A DNA stretch of 64,000 nucleotides from an uncultured delta proteobacterium (GTDB taxonomy: Bacteria; Myxococcota_A; Polyangia; Polyangiales; B10-G4): assembly GCA_963727445.1 (NCBI GenBank), contig CAVSGI010000009.1, positions 672,001-736,000 on the forward strand, read 5' to 3'. The notes beneath the pieces are model-generated. The model was not told the origin of the DNA and did no database searches. It saw nothing but the letters and a program-made list of their open reading frames with translations. The translations under genes were made by a program, and so were the position numbers. Positions 48,736 through 58,394 of this stretch are shown here, piece after piece (positions within the stretch are counted from its first letter, which is position 1; every line of letters begins with the position of its first letter).

Positions 48736-49536
48736 TCAGGCGCGGGCCGGAGCGCACTGGTCCGAGCTGTTGCAGTAGCCGCTGCAGCAGTCGCTGCCGG
48801 CGCCGCAGGAGGCGCCGGTGTCGCCGCAGGCCGGAGCGCGGGCCGGTGCACACTCGTTCGAGCTGTTGCAGTAGCCGCTGCAGCAGTCGCTGCCGGCGCC
48901 GCAGGAGGCGCCGGTGTCGCCGCAGGCCGAGGCGCGGGCCGGTGCACACTCGTTCGAGCTGTTGCAGTAGCCGCTGCAGCAGTCGCTGCCGGCGCGGCAC
49001 GATGCGCCGGTGTCGCCGCAGGCCGAGGCGCGGGCCGGTGCACACTCGTTCGAGCTGTTGCAGTAGCCGCTGCAGCAGTCGCTGCCGGCGCTGCACGATG
49101 CGCCAGTGTCGCCGCAGAGCGCGGCGCGGGCCGGGGCGCAGACGTTCGAGCTGTTGCAGTTTCCGCTGCAGCAGTCGTCGTTCGCGGCGCAGGCGCTGCT
49201 ATCTGCGAAGCACGCGGGAAGTGCCCGGGACGGAGCGCAGGCATTCGAGCTGTTGCAATAGCCGGAACAACAGTCCTCGTCGATGCTACAGACCGTGCCG
49301 TCCGCCTCACACATGGGGTCGGGCATGGCCGCGTCGTCTCCCGGAAGCGTGGTGCCACCGTCCGCGGTGCCCATCATCATGGGATCGGGCGTGGTGCTGG
49401 CGTCGTCGCCCATGGTGCCCGCGTCGTCGTAGAGCGGGTCGCCACCCGTGCTCCCCGTTGGACGCGTGTCGTTGCCACACCCGAGCCCACCGATCACCAG
49501 AAGCGCAGCCAAACAAATCCCGAAGTTCCGTCCCAT
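48736..49536 (-). CDS. Lipoprotein with six tandem knottin/conotoxin-like modules
   Basis: GGGAG RBS, lipobox GLGC, six C-x6-C-x5-CC-x3-C-x5-C modules; the last four form near-identical 96-bp DNA repeats. Confidence 0.88.
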   Translation of the reverse strand: MGRNFGICLAALLVIGGLGCGNDTRPTGSTGGDPLYDDAGTMGDDASTTPDPMMMGTADGGTTLPGDDAAMPDPMCEADGTVCSIDEDCCSGYCNSSNACAPSRALPACFADSSACAANDDCCSGNCNSSNVCAPARAALCGDTGASCSAGSDCCSGYCNSSNECAPARASACGDTGASCRAGSDCCSGYCNSSNECAPARASACGDTGASCGAGSDCCSGYCNSSNECAPARAPACGDTGASCGAGSDCCSGYCNSSDQCAPARA

Positions 49537-49580
49537 CGTCATTTCTCCCTTCGCCGTGTGGCGTGATGACAGGGAGCTTC

Positions 49581-49597
49581 AGCACGGCCCGTGCCGA
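49581..49597 (-). promoter_or_regulatory. Putative sigma54 promoter for the knottin-repeat gene
   Basis: Minus strand TCGGCACGGGCCGTGCT, GG-N10-GC. Confidence 0.65.
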
Positions 49598-49632
49598 AGC
49601 GCCGAGGACCCAGAAACACCGAAAAAACCGGC

Positions 49633-49689
49633 GTGGACCGCGCAGTTCACCCTGGACCAGGGCGGTCCAGCGCTGGACCATTGGTCCAC
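49633..49689. promoter_or_regulatory. Three phased TGGAC...GTCCA inverted repeats (putative enhancer)
   Basis: TGGAC at 49634, 49653, 49674; GTYCA at 49645, 49665, 49684 (about 20-bp period). Confidence 0.6.
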
Positions 49690-49695
49690 GCCCGC

Positions 49696-52600
49696 ATGCG
49701 AATCGAAGTCGAGAGGCCGTCGCCATCCTCCGCGCGCACCTTCGGCCCCTACCGAGTGATCGCGCCCCTCGGTCGCGGGGGCATGGCGACCATCTATCGC
49801 GCGGTGCACGTCGAGAGCACAGAGCAGGTCGCCGTCAAGACCGTGAGCGCGGCCAACGAGAAGGTGGTGCAGAGCATTCGCCGTGAGGTGCGCGCGCTCT
49901 CGCGGATCCGTCATCCGGGTATCGTTCGGATCGTCGCCGATGGGGTGGAGGACGGCCTGCCCTGGTATGCGATGGAGCTCATCGAGGGCACGACCCTCGC
50001 TCAGCTCGCGCAGAAGCCCCGCTCTTCGACTGGTGATCTGGGCTCCGCGGAGGACGCGGATGGGGGCGGAGCGGATGTCGCTGGCAAGCGCCTGGAGTTC
50101 GAGGCGCTGATCACCCTCGCCCGCGCGATCTGTCCGGGGCTCGCCTACCTGCATGGCGAAGGGCTCGTTCATCGCGACCTCAAGCCCGACAACATCGTGC
50201 TTCGCGACGACGACAGCCCGGTGCTCGTCGACTTTGGTCTGGCCAGCGTCTCGCGGCGCACGAGTCGTGAAGCCCTCGAGGTGCGCCCGGACCTGTCGGG
50301 AACCGCCGCCTACGTGTCGCCCGAGGCGATCCGGGGAGACGCGGTGGACGCCCGCTCCGACCTCTACGCCCTCGGCTGCATCCTCTACGAGATGGCCACC
50401 GGCCGGACGCCCTTCGCCGCCTTCACCAAGTCGGCGGTGCTTCGCGGCCATCTCGAGTCCACCCCGACCCCGCCCTCCAGCCTGGCGGCCGGGCTCCCGC
50501 CCGCATTCGACGCCCTGGTCCTCGCCCTGCTCGAAAAGGAGCCGCGTCATCGGCTCGGTCACGCCGACGACGTCGCGCGCGCCCTGGGCGAGATGGGGGC
50601 CCGGCCGCTCCGACGTGCTCTTCCCACCTCGCGCGCCTACCTCTATCGGCCGGGCTTCGTGGGACGCCGGCCGCAGGTGGAGCGCATCGAGGCCGCGCTC
50701 GGACGCGCGCGCGCCTCCGCTGGATCGCTCCTGCTGGTCGGCGGGGAGAGCGGCATCGGCAAGACGCGGCTCGTCAACGAGATGGGGCTGCGCGCGGCGC
50801 GGAGCGGCTTCCGCGTCTACTCCGGCGAGTGTCGCGCAGAGGGGGGCGGCGCCCTCGGCGCATTTCAAAAACCGCTCGCGCAGCTCGCGGATCGGTGCCG
50901 CGCCGGAGGGGAGGCGCTCACCGCACAGCTCTTCGGTGAGGGCGCCAAGATCCTCGCGCCCTACGAGCCGACCCTCGCGGCTCTGCCGGGGGTGGAGGCG
51001 ATGCCGGATCCGCCGCCGCTACCCACAGCCGATGCGAAGCTGCGCGTGTTCCGGGCCATGAGCGAGGTCCTGACGCGGCTCGCTGAGGACGCGCCCCTGC
51101 TCTTGATCCTCGACGATCTCCAATACGCCGACCGCCTCAGCCTCGACCTGCTCGCATTTCTCGCGCGACAAGTCGGGACCAGCCCCATCCTGTTGATGGC
51201 GACCTACCGGACCGAGGAAGCGCACGCCGCTCTCGAGTCGCTTCTTCGAAGCACCGATACCGCACATCTGTTGCTCGAACGCCTCGACGACGACGATGTC
51301 GCGGCGATGGTGAGCGACATGCTCGCCGACGAGGGGCCGGCCCACCTCGGCGCGTATGTGGCGAAGCACGCCGAGGGCAATCCCTTCTTCGTCGCCGAGT
51401 ACCTGCGCGCCGCTCTCGAAGCCGAGCTGCTATCCCGCGATGCGTCCGGGAGCTGGAAGCTGCGCGAGTCGGTGGCCGACGCGCCCGAGCTCGAGCTGCC
51501 CCTGCCGAAGGTGCTCCGGGAGCTGGTGCATCGCCGATTGGAGAACCTCTCCGCCGACGCCGGCGCGCTTCTCTCCGCCGGTGCGGTCATCGGCCGGGTG
51601 GTCGACGTGGAGCTGCTCCTCCGCGTCAGCACCCGCGACGAGAGCCGGGCCTTCGACGCCATCGAGGAGCTCGTGCGCCGGCAGGTCCTCGAGGACGCGG
51701 GGCCAGGGCGGGTGCGCTTCACCCACGACAAGCTCCGCGAGGTCGCCTACGGGGCGATTGATGAGGCGGAGCTCCCCGACCTCCACCGCCGGGTCGCGGA
51801 GCTCCTCGAAGGGGAGGGTTCGGCCGATGGGCCCATCCCCTACGCCGCCATCGCCCACCACTACACACGGGCGGGGCTGCCGAAGCGCGCCGTCGAAGCG
51901 CTGCATCACGGAAGCGCCGAGGCGTTGAGCCGCAGCGCGTACGGCGCGGCCGCAGAAGGCTACGAGCAGCTGCTGTCGGTGGGCGACTTCTCCGACATGC
52001 GGCGGACCGAGTGGGAGCACGGCCTGGGCGAGGCCCTGCTCGGCCTCGGCGACGTGCAGCGCGGCAAGGAGCGCCTGGTGCGCTCCCTCGAGCTCGATGG
52101 GCTGCCGGTGGCCGACGACAAACCGCGCATCGCGGCTGGGCTCGCGGCACAGTTGAGTCGGCAGATGGGCCACCGCCTGTTGCCCCAGACGATGATCGAG
52201 CGACCGGGTGAGCGCGCCCAGCTCCTGCGCACCACGCGGACCTATCAGCGCCTGGTGGAGACCCACTGGTTCGAGAACGACGTCGGGCGGATGGTCTTCT
52301 CCGCGCTTCACGCGCTCAACTTCGCCGAGCGCGCCGGCCCCTCCATCGAGCTCGCCCGCTGCTACGCGATCGTGGGCCTCGCCGCCGGAAGCATCCCCGT
52401 GCACCGCGTCGCCGAACACTACGCGCGCCTCGCCTCTTCGACCGCGTCCGCGGTGGGAGATCCCGCGACCGAGGCCTATGTGCTCTTCATCAGCAGCGTC
52501 TACAGGCTCGGCACCGGCGCCTTCACGCGCGTCGAGACCGACCTCGGGCGCGCCGCCGATTCTCAGCCTGCGCATCACCGACCCCCGCTACCACGGCGAG

Positions 52601-53251
52601 AGCCTCACGGTGCTCGGGCTGTCGGCGCTCTACCGGAACGACCTCGACCGCGCCGACGAGCTCTTTCGCTCGGTGGGGGACTCGGGACGTCGATACGACA
52701 ACCAGCAGCATCGCGTGTGGGCCGCCGTCGGGCGCTCGGTGGTGCTCTACCGGCGCGGACAGTACGCGGACGCGGAGACGCTCCTTCGCCAGGCCGAGGA
52801 GCTGCTCTCGGTGTCGGGGCCACCCCTCGAGTGGCTACGTCTTCACGGCCTCAGGGCCAGCATCCTCCTCGAAGCGGGCGACGTCGCCGGCGCCGAGCTC
52901 TCGGCCGCGCGCGCCGAGACGTTGATGGCGAACATGTCGGTGCCCACGTCTCATTACCTGCTCGAAGGCTTCGCCGGCATCGCCAACGTGCGACTCGCGC
53001 TCTTCGAGCCGGTTCGGCGCCTGTCGGTGGCGCGCGCGAAGCGCGCCGTCGGCTCGCTGACGCGATACGCCTCCCTCTTCGCCATCGGTCGTCCCCGCGC
53101 CTTCGCCGCGCGGGCGGGCCTCGACCTCCTCGAGGGCCGAAAGTGGCGCGCGCGACGGGGCTTCGCCCGGGCGGAGGAGGAGGCGCGGCGGCTGGGGATG
53201 CTCCACGAGATCGACCACGCGCGCGCGCTCGCGAACCGCCTCGGGCTCTGA
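49696..53251 (+). CDS. Ser/Thr kinase + AAA (STAND-type) ATPase + TPR-like helical region; frameshift near 52560
   Basis: GRGGMA, HRDLKPDN, DFG, Walker A GGESGIGKT, Walker B LILDDLQ, EGNPFF, RFTHDKLRE; continues in ORF 52208-53251. Confidence 0.9.
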
Positions 53252-53273
53252 CTCACCCGGGCGCCGCTCGTGT

Positions 53274-54671
53274 ATGATGCGGGCGGTGACGGAGACCCTC
53301 AGCTCCAGCAGTGGCAAAGTGACCCTCGAAGGGGATCGGGCCGTGCTCCGCGGTGGGCAGCTGGTCCTCGCGATGAACCTCGCGCGCCCCACCGATCGAC
53401 CCGCCGGGTTCGCCCTCGCCTTCGTCCGGCACGTCTTCGTCGGACGCGGTGAGGAGCGGAGCTGCGAGCGCGACAGCAAGGGCAAAGCGACCACCCTCAA
53501 CATCCGTGTCCCGGACAACTTCATGTCGGGCGCCCACTTCCATCTGGAGCACGTGGCCGGCACATGGGTCGCGGAGGACGCCGGGTCCAAGAACGGAACC
53601 AAGCTCAACGGCGCACCGCTCAAGCGCGCCAACCTCGAGGACGGCGACATCCTGGTGAGCGGCAAGACCGTCTTCCTCTTTCGCGCCGACGTCCCGGTCT
53701 TCGAGGACGAGCCCGACCTGGATCTCTCCGGCACCAAGGTGGAGGACGCCGCGACCACCACCCTGCACACGCGCTTCGCGAGCGAGCTCGGGCGCCTGTC
53801 GCGCGTGGCCCCCTCGCAGATCCCGATCCTGGTGCACGGCGAGACGGGGACCGGCAAGGAGCTGGTGGCTCAAGCCATCCACCGGATGACCGGACGCAGC
53901 GGACCCTTCGTGGCCGTCAACTGCGGGGCCCTGCCTCCCACGCTCATCAGCAGCGAGCTCTTCGGCGCCAAGAAGGGTGCGTACTCCGGGGCGACCGAAA
54001 ATCGCGCCGGCCTGGTGCGGAGCGCCGACGGTGGCACGCTCTTTCTCGACGAGATCGCCGAGCTTCCCCTCGAGGCACAGGCCGCCTTCCTCCGCGTTCT
54101 GCAGGAGAGCGAGGTCATGCCGGTGGGCGGCGACAAGCCGGTGCCGGTGGACATCAAGCTGGTGGCCGCGACTCACCGCGACCTGCCCGAGCTCGTCGAG
54201 GAGGGCAGCTTCCGGGAGGACCTCTACGGCCGCGTCGCCGGCTACGAAGTGCATCTGCCCCCGCTGCGCGAGCGGCGCGAGGATCTGGGCCTGTTGGTGG
54301 GCAACATCCTCGAACGCAAAGGGCTCACTCAGACGACGCTCACGGAAGAGGCGGCGATGCTCCTCTTCGAGTACGCGTGGCCGCGCAACGTGCGCGAGCT
54401 CGAGCACGCGCTGATGAGCGCTGCGGTGGTGGCAGGCGAGGAGGCGATCGACGTGGCGCACCTGCCGGCCAGTGTCCGCGAGCCCGAGAGGACGAGCTCC
54501 CGCCCTCCGTCGGTCTCTCCCTCGGAGCCCGATTTCGTCGCGCTCATGAAGAAGCACGACGGCAACGTCAGCCAGGTGGCGCGCGAGCTCGGCACCTCGC
54601 GCTCGCAGGTCCGTCGTCTCGCGAAGCGCTACGAGCTGGACCTCGACCAGCTGCGTCGAACCACCGATTAG
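53274..54671 (+). CDS. FHA-domain sigma54-dependent transcriptional activator (start possibly GTG 53286)
   Basis: FHA (VGRG, MSGAH, GSKNGT), GETGTGKE, ELFG..KGAYSGA, LFLDEI, FREDLYGR, WPRNVREL, Fis-type HTH. Confidence 0.95.
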   Translation: MMRAVTETLSSSSGKVTLEGDRAVLRGGQLVLAMNLARPTDRPAGFALAFVRHVFVGRGEERSCERDSKGKATTLNIRVPDNFMSGAHFHLEHVAGTWVAEDAGSKNGTKLNGAPLKRANLEDGDILVSGKTVFLFRADVPVFEDEPDLDLSGTKVEDAATTTLHTRFASELGRLSRVAPSQIPILVHGETGTGKELVAQAIHRMTGRSGPFVAVNCGALPPTLISSELFGAKKGAYSGATENRAGLVRSADGGTLFLDEIAELPLEAQAAFLRVLQESEVMPVGGDKPVPVDIKLVAATHRDLPELVEEGSFREDLYGRVAGYEVHLPPLRERREDLGLLVGNILERKGLTQTTLTEEAAMLLFEYAWPRNVRELEHALMSAAVVAGEEAIDVAHLPASVREPERTSSRPPSVSPSEPDFVALMKKHDGNVSQVARELGTSRSQVRRLAKRYELDLDQLRRTTD

Positions 54672-54770
54672 CACTCCTTGATCAGCCTTCTGCCTGGGAA
54701 GCGTTGGAAGCCGCGGCGACCGTTTCGACGAACGCGCCCGGGGTGAGCCTCTCACCGCGGGCGTTTTCGA

Positions 54771-55778
54771 TCAGTCCTCCGGGTACGCCGAGGGGAGCCG
54801 GGCGTCGAAGCCACCGTGCCTGCCCCACGACACGCCGAGGGTGACCCCGGAGGCGTCGATCGGGTAGGCGTGGCGCGTGATCACGTCGGGTGACTGATCG
54901 CCGTCGAGGTCGACCAGCCCGGTGATCCGTTCGCAGCACGTATCGCCGAACGAGAGCTCCATCTCTTCGTCCTCGATCGGTTGCCCCGCGTCGAATACCT
55001 CGAAAGACTCGTCGTTGGTCTCGCACGGCCCTCGACGCGGACACGTGCGCAGCCGAACGTAGAGGCGTTCCCCCTGGCGCCAGGCGACGGTCTCGATTCG
55101 CTTGCCCCGCGGAGTCGGGCGGTCGCGGTCCCGGTGGATGAGCGCTTCCTCTTCGGCGGTCGGCTCGCGAACGAGCAGCTCCCGCGGTCGCGCGTCGCCC
55201 CTGGCAAAGATCCCGAAACGGACGGCCTCCTCGCCCCCCTCGCATCCTTCGACGCCCACCGCGGGGACCCACTCGGCGTCGTCGCGTGTCACGGGCCCAG
55301 ATGCGTCGAGCGTATCCACCAGCCCCACGAACACGGGCTGGCCCGTCGTTCCTTCACAGACCGCGCCGTTGGGTCGGACGACGAAGATGGGCTCGCCGCT
55401 CGTATCCGCCGCGTCGCGTGGCGCGACGAAGAGCTGAAAGCCACATCGGTCGGGCGCGCAGCTCGCGAGCAGTTCCGCTCCCTGATCGGGCGCCTCTCCG
55501 CCCTCTACCGTGACGTAGAGGTGGCCGCGCCCGTCTCGGTAGACCGCCCGGAAGTCGATCGCTGGATCGGATTCCTCCACCGCCGTCCGAGCCGCCGGGG
55601 GCGTCTCCATCTCCGACCCAGCCTCGGTCTCCGTCTCCGAACCCGATGCGGGCTCCGAAGTGGTTTGCGTGTTCGCCGCTTCGACCGCGTCGTCAGGGGC
55701 CGGTCCCGCGGGCTGCGCGTGAGATCCGCCACACGCGAGGGCGAAGCAAGCGAGCCACATGGCCAAAGGGCGGGACAT
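54771..55778 (-). CDS. Hypothetical lipoprotein
   Basis: Lipobox ALAC, acidic linker, DLDGDQSPD motif. Confidence 0.7.
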   Translation of the reverse strand: MSRPLAMWLACFALACGGSHAQPAGPAPDDAVEAANTQTTSEPASGSETETEAGSEMETPPAARTAVEESDPAIDFRAVYRDGRGHLYVTVEGGEAPDQGAELLASCAPDRCGFQLFVAPRDAADTSGEPIFVVRPNGAVCEGTTGQPVFVGLVDTLDASGPVTRDDAEWVPAVGVEGCEGGEEAVRFGIFARGDARPRELLVREPTAEEEALIHRDRDRPTPRGKRIETVAWRQGERLYVRLRTCPRRGPCETNDESFEVFDAGQPIEDEEMELSFGDTCCERITGLVDLDGDQSPDVITRHAYPIDASGVTLGVSWGRHGGFDARLPSAYPED

Positions 55779-55831
55779 CGAGCGCTGATGCTACGGATCA
55801 GCGATGCACGTGTCGATGGCGCACAACCGAC

Positions 55832-56956
55832 TCAGGCCGCAATCTCGGCCGCGATCCGCCGCGCTTCGATCCCGATCTCGCGCAGCATACCGGTGGGCGC
55901 GACGTAGAAGCCGCAGAAGTAGAGCCCCGGGGCGGCTGCGCAGCCGCTCTTCTTCGGGTTCCCGCGCTCGTCACAGACCTGGTCTTCGCCCGCGAGCATG
56001 TCGGTGATCTTCGGCTGGTAGCCGGTCGCGAGCACCACCGCGGCGAACTCGTCTGTCACGCCGTCGACGAAACGTACGCCGTTCTCGGTGAAAGACTCGA
56101 TCCCCTGGCGCACGGTGATGTGACCTTCGCGGATGAGTGCGATGGTGCCGATGTCGAGGAGGGGGATGCGGCCGTCGCGGCGGATCTGGGTGTTCGGGCC
56201 GTAGGGGAGCTTCCTCAAGCCCAGCTTCTCGATGTCGCCGACGAACGCTCGTACCAGCGGTTTCGAAAGGAAGTCCGCGACGCGCATGGGTAGGACGCTC
56301 ATCGCGATGCCGACGCCGAGCACGGGCACGCCGAAGAAATCCCGCGGCACCACGTTCACCCGGCTCCGTACCGAGATCGTGGGGCGCGCGCCGTGTTCGT
56401 GGAGATCGATCGCGATCTCACCACCCGAGTTGCCGAAGCCCACCACCAGCACTCGCTCGCCGCGCCACCGCTCACCGTCCGCGTATTTCGAGCTGTGAAC
56501 GATCTCGCCGCGAAAGCTCTCCATCTTCGGCCAGCTCGGCACGTGGGGGACGCGGGTGTAGCCGGTGGCGAAGACGACGTTCGTCGCTGCAAAGGAGCCC
56601 TGGGACGTCTCCACCTCGAAGCCATCGCCGTCGCGCCGCACCGAGGTGACCTCGTGCCCGAAGCGCGGCGCGAGGCCCTGCACCCGCGCGTACCGCTCGA
56701 GGTACGCGACCACCTGCTCCCGCGGCGGATAGCGCGGCGCGTCAGCTGGCCAGGGCATGAAGGGAAGCGCCGACAGGCCCTTGGTGGTGTGCAGGTGCAG
56801 ACGTCGGTAGTGATGCCGCCACGCGGTTCCGACGACCTCCGTCTTCTCGAGCAGTACGTGCTCGACGCCTTCGTGCTTCAGGCAAGCCGAGGTCGCGAGA
56901 CCCGCGGCGCTCGCCCCGATCACGACGGTGTTCGTTCGCTCCACTTCATCCAGCAT
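55832..56956 (-). CDS. Flavin-containing monooxygenase (class B, YUCCA-like)
   Basis: GASAAG, WRHHY..LHLHT, FATGY, FRGEIVHSSKY, GFGNSG, LATGY. Confidence 0.92.
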   Translation of the reverse strand: MLDEVERTNTVVIGASAAGLATSACLKHEGVEHVLLEKTEVVGTAWRHHYRRLHLHTTKGLSALPFMPWPADAPRYPPREQVVAYLERYARVQGLAPRFGHEVTSVRRDGDGFEVETSQGSFAATNVVFATGYTRVPHVPSWPKMESFRGEIVHSSKYADGERWRGERVLVVGFGNSGGEIAIDLHEHGARPTISVRSRVNVVPRDFFGVPVLGVGIAMSVLPMRVADFLSKPLVRAFVGDIEKLGLRKLPYGPNTQIRRDGRIPLLDIGTIALIREGHITVRQGIESFTENGVRFVDGVTDEFAAVVLATGYQPKITDMLAGEDQVCDERGNPKKSGCAAAPGLYFCGFYVAPTGMLREIGIEARRIAAEIAA

Positions 56957-57001
56957 CTCAGGTCCCTTTCAGAGATGTAATGGGCGTGCAGCGATCCGCT
57001 G

Positions 57002-58378
57002 GTGATGTTGCTCTCCATGCAGAGTTGCGCCCGCGCTCGATTCGCCCGTGTCGGGGCGGTCTTCGCGTCCGTCGCCACCCTCACGCTGGTGGGTTGCGGG
57101 ACCGCCATGGGCGACCGCCCGGCCCATGAACCGAGCCGCAGCGAAGCCGCGCAGGACGAGATCGAAGTGCTGCGCGCGGCCGCGCGGCCGATCGAATCGC
57201 CGGACGACCTCGGACAGGTGATCGCGTGGGTCGGCGACGCGCCCTTCGTGCTGATCGGCGAGGCCTCGCACGGCACCGAGGAGTTCTATCGCTTGCGTGC
57301 CGAGCTCACCAAGCGCCTCATCTTCGAGAGCGGCCTCGACGCCGTGTTGATCGAAGGTGACTGGTCGAGCGTGGCCCGCGTGGATCGTTACGTCCGCGGG
57401 CTCTCCGGGGATCTGAGCGCGCATCACTCGCTCGCCGAGTTTCGGCGTTTCCCGCTCTGGATGTGGCGCAACGAGGCGGTGGTCGACTTCATCGAGTGGC
57501 TGCGCCAGTACAACGAAGGACTCCCGGCCGAGCAGAGGGTCGGCTTCTACGGACTCGATCTCTACAGCCCCCAGCAGTCCGCTGCCGCGCTGTTCCGGTC
57601 GCTCCCCCCGGACGCCGCCGCCCGCGCCCGCGCGCGCCTCGACTGCTTCGTCGGCCCTGGTGTGTCTCCGGGCGGACACGTTCGCGAAAACGAGCGCGAG
57701 GGCAAGATGGAGGCCTGTTCCCGCGACCTCGCCGCTGAGGTGACCGAGCTCGAGCGCTCCGGTGCGACCCTCGACCAGGTCGAGAACGCCCGCGTCGTGC
57801 GCGACGCCGCACGCTACCGCACCGTCGAGGGCGAGCCGTCGTGGAACGTCCGCGACCGCCACATGGCCGAGGCCGTCGACGCCATCCGCGCGCACTACGC
57901 GGCCTCGCGCGGCACGCCCCGCCTCGCGATATGGGCGCACAACTCGCACCTGGGCGACGCGCGCGCCACCGACGCGAGCCTCCGCGGTCAGGTGAACCTC
58001 GGCCAGCTCCTGAAAGAACACTACGGCGACAAGCAGGTCTTCAACATCGGCTTCAGCACTTACACCGGCGAGGTGACCGCGGCGTCGGAGTGGTACGAGC
58101 CCGCGCACAAGAAGCAAGTGAACCCAGGTCGTGACGACAGCTACGAGGGCGTCCTCCACGACGTCGGCGGCGGCACCTACGCCCTCGACCTCCGGGACCC
58201 TGCCGTGGCTCGGGCCCTCGAAGAGCCGCGCCTCGCGCGCGCGATCGGCGTCGTCTACCGGCCCGACACCGAGCGCCAGAGTCACTACTTCTCCTCCGAG
58301 CTCCCGGCGCAGTTCGACGCGGTGATCCACGTCGACACCACCACCGCGCTCGAACCGCTCGACGGGTGGCAGGAGTAG
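57002..58378 (+). CDS. Erythromycin esterase family lipoprotein
   Basis: Lipobox LVGC, IGEASHGTEEFY, EGDW, FPLWMWRN, WNVRDRHM, WAHNSHLGDARAT, RAIGVVY. Confidence 0.93.
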   Translation: MMLLSMQSCARARFARVGAVFASVATLTLVGCGTAMGDRPAHEPSRSEAAQDEIEVLRAAARPIESPDDLGQVIAWVGDAPFVLIGEASHGTEEFYRLRAELTKRLIFESGLDAVLIEGDWSSVARVDRYVRGLSGDLSAHHSLAEFRRFPLWMWRNEAVVDFIEWLRQYNEGLPAEQRVGFYGLDLYSPQQSAAALFRSLPPDAAARARARLDCFVGPGVSPGGHVRENEREGKMEACSRDLAAEVTELERSGATLDQVENARVVRDAARYRTVEGEPSWNVRDRHMAEAVDAIRAHYAASRGTPRLAIWAHNSHLGDARATDASLRGQVNLGQLLKEHYGDKQVFNIGFSTYTGEVTAASEWYEPAHKKQVNPGRDDSYEGVLHDVGGGTYALDLRDPAVARALEEPRLARAIGVVYRPDTERQSHYFSSELPAQFDAVIHVDTTTALEPLDGWQE

Positions 58379-58394
58379 CGGCGGCCGAGCCCTC

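Noticed and set aside
47271..49358. Single 695-aa ORF
   Set aside because: The 5' part is an off-frame shadow of the knottin gene. The real start is GTG 48656, with a lipobox and an upstream -10.
14623..53251. Pseudogenes or programmed frameshifting (OM barrel, sulfatase, matrixin, motor genes, STAND kinase)
   Set aside because: The indels cluster locally, some compensate each other, they hit otherwise well-conserved genes, and no slippery motifs are evident. Assembly error is most likely; raw reads would settle it.
53950..54000. Inactive activator because GAFTGA reads GAYSGA
   Set aside because: The substitutions are conservative and all other AAA motifs are intact, so inactivity cannot be claimed from sequence alone.
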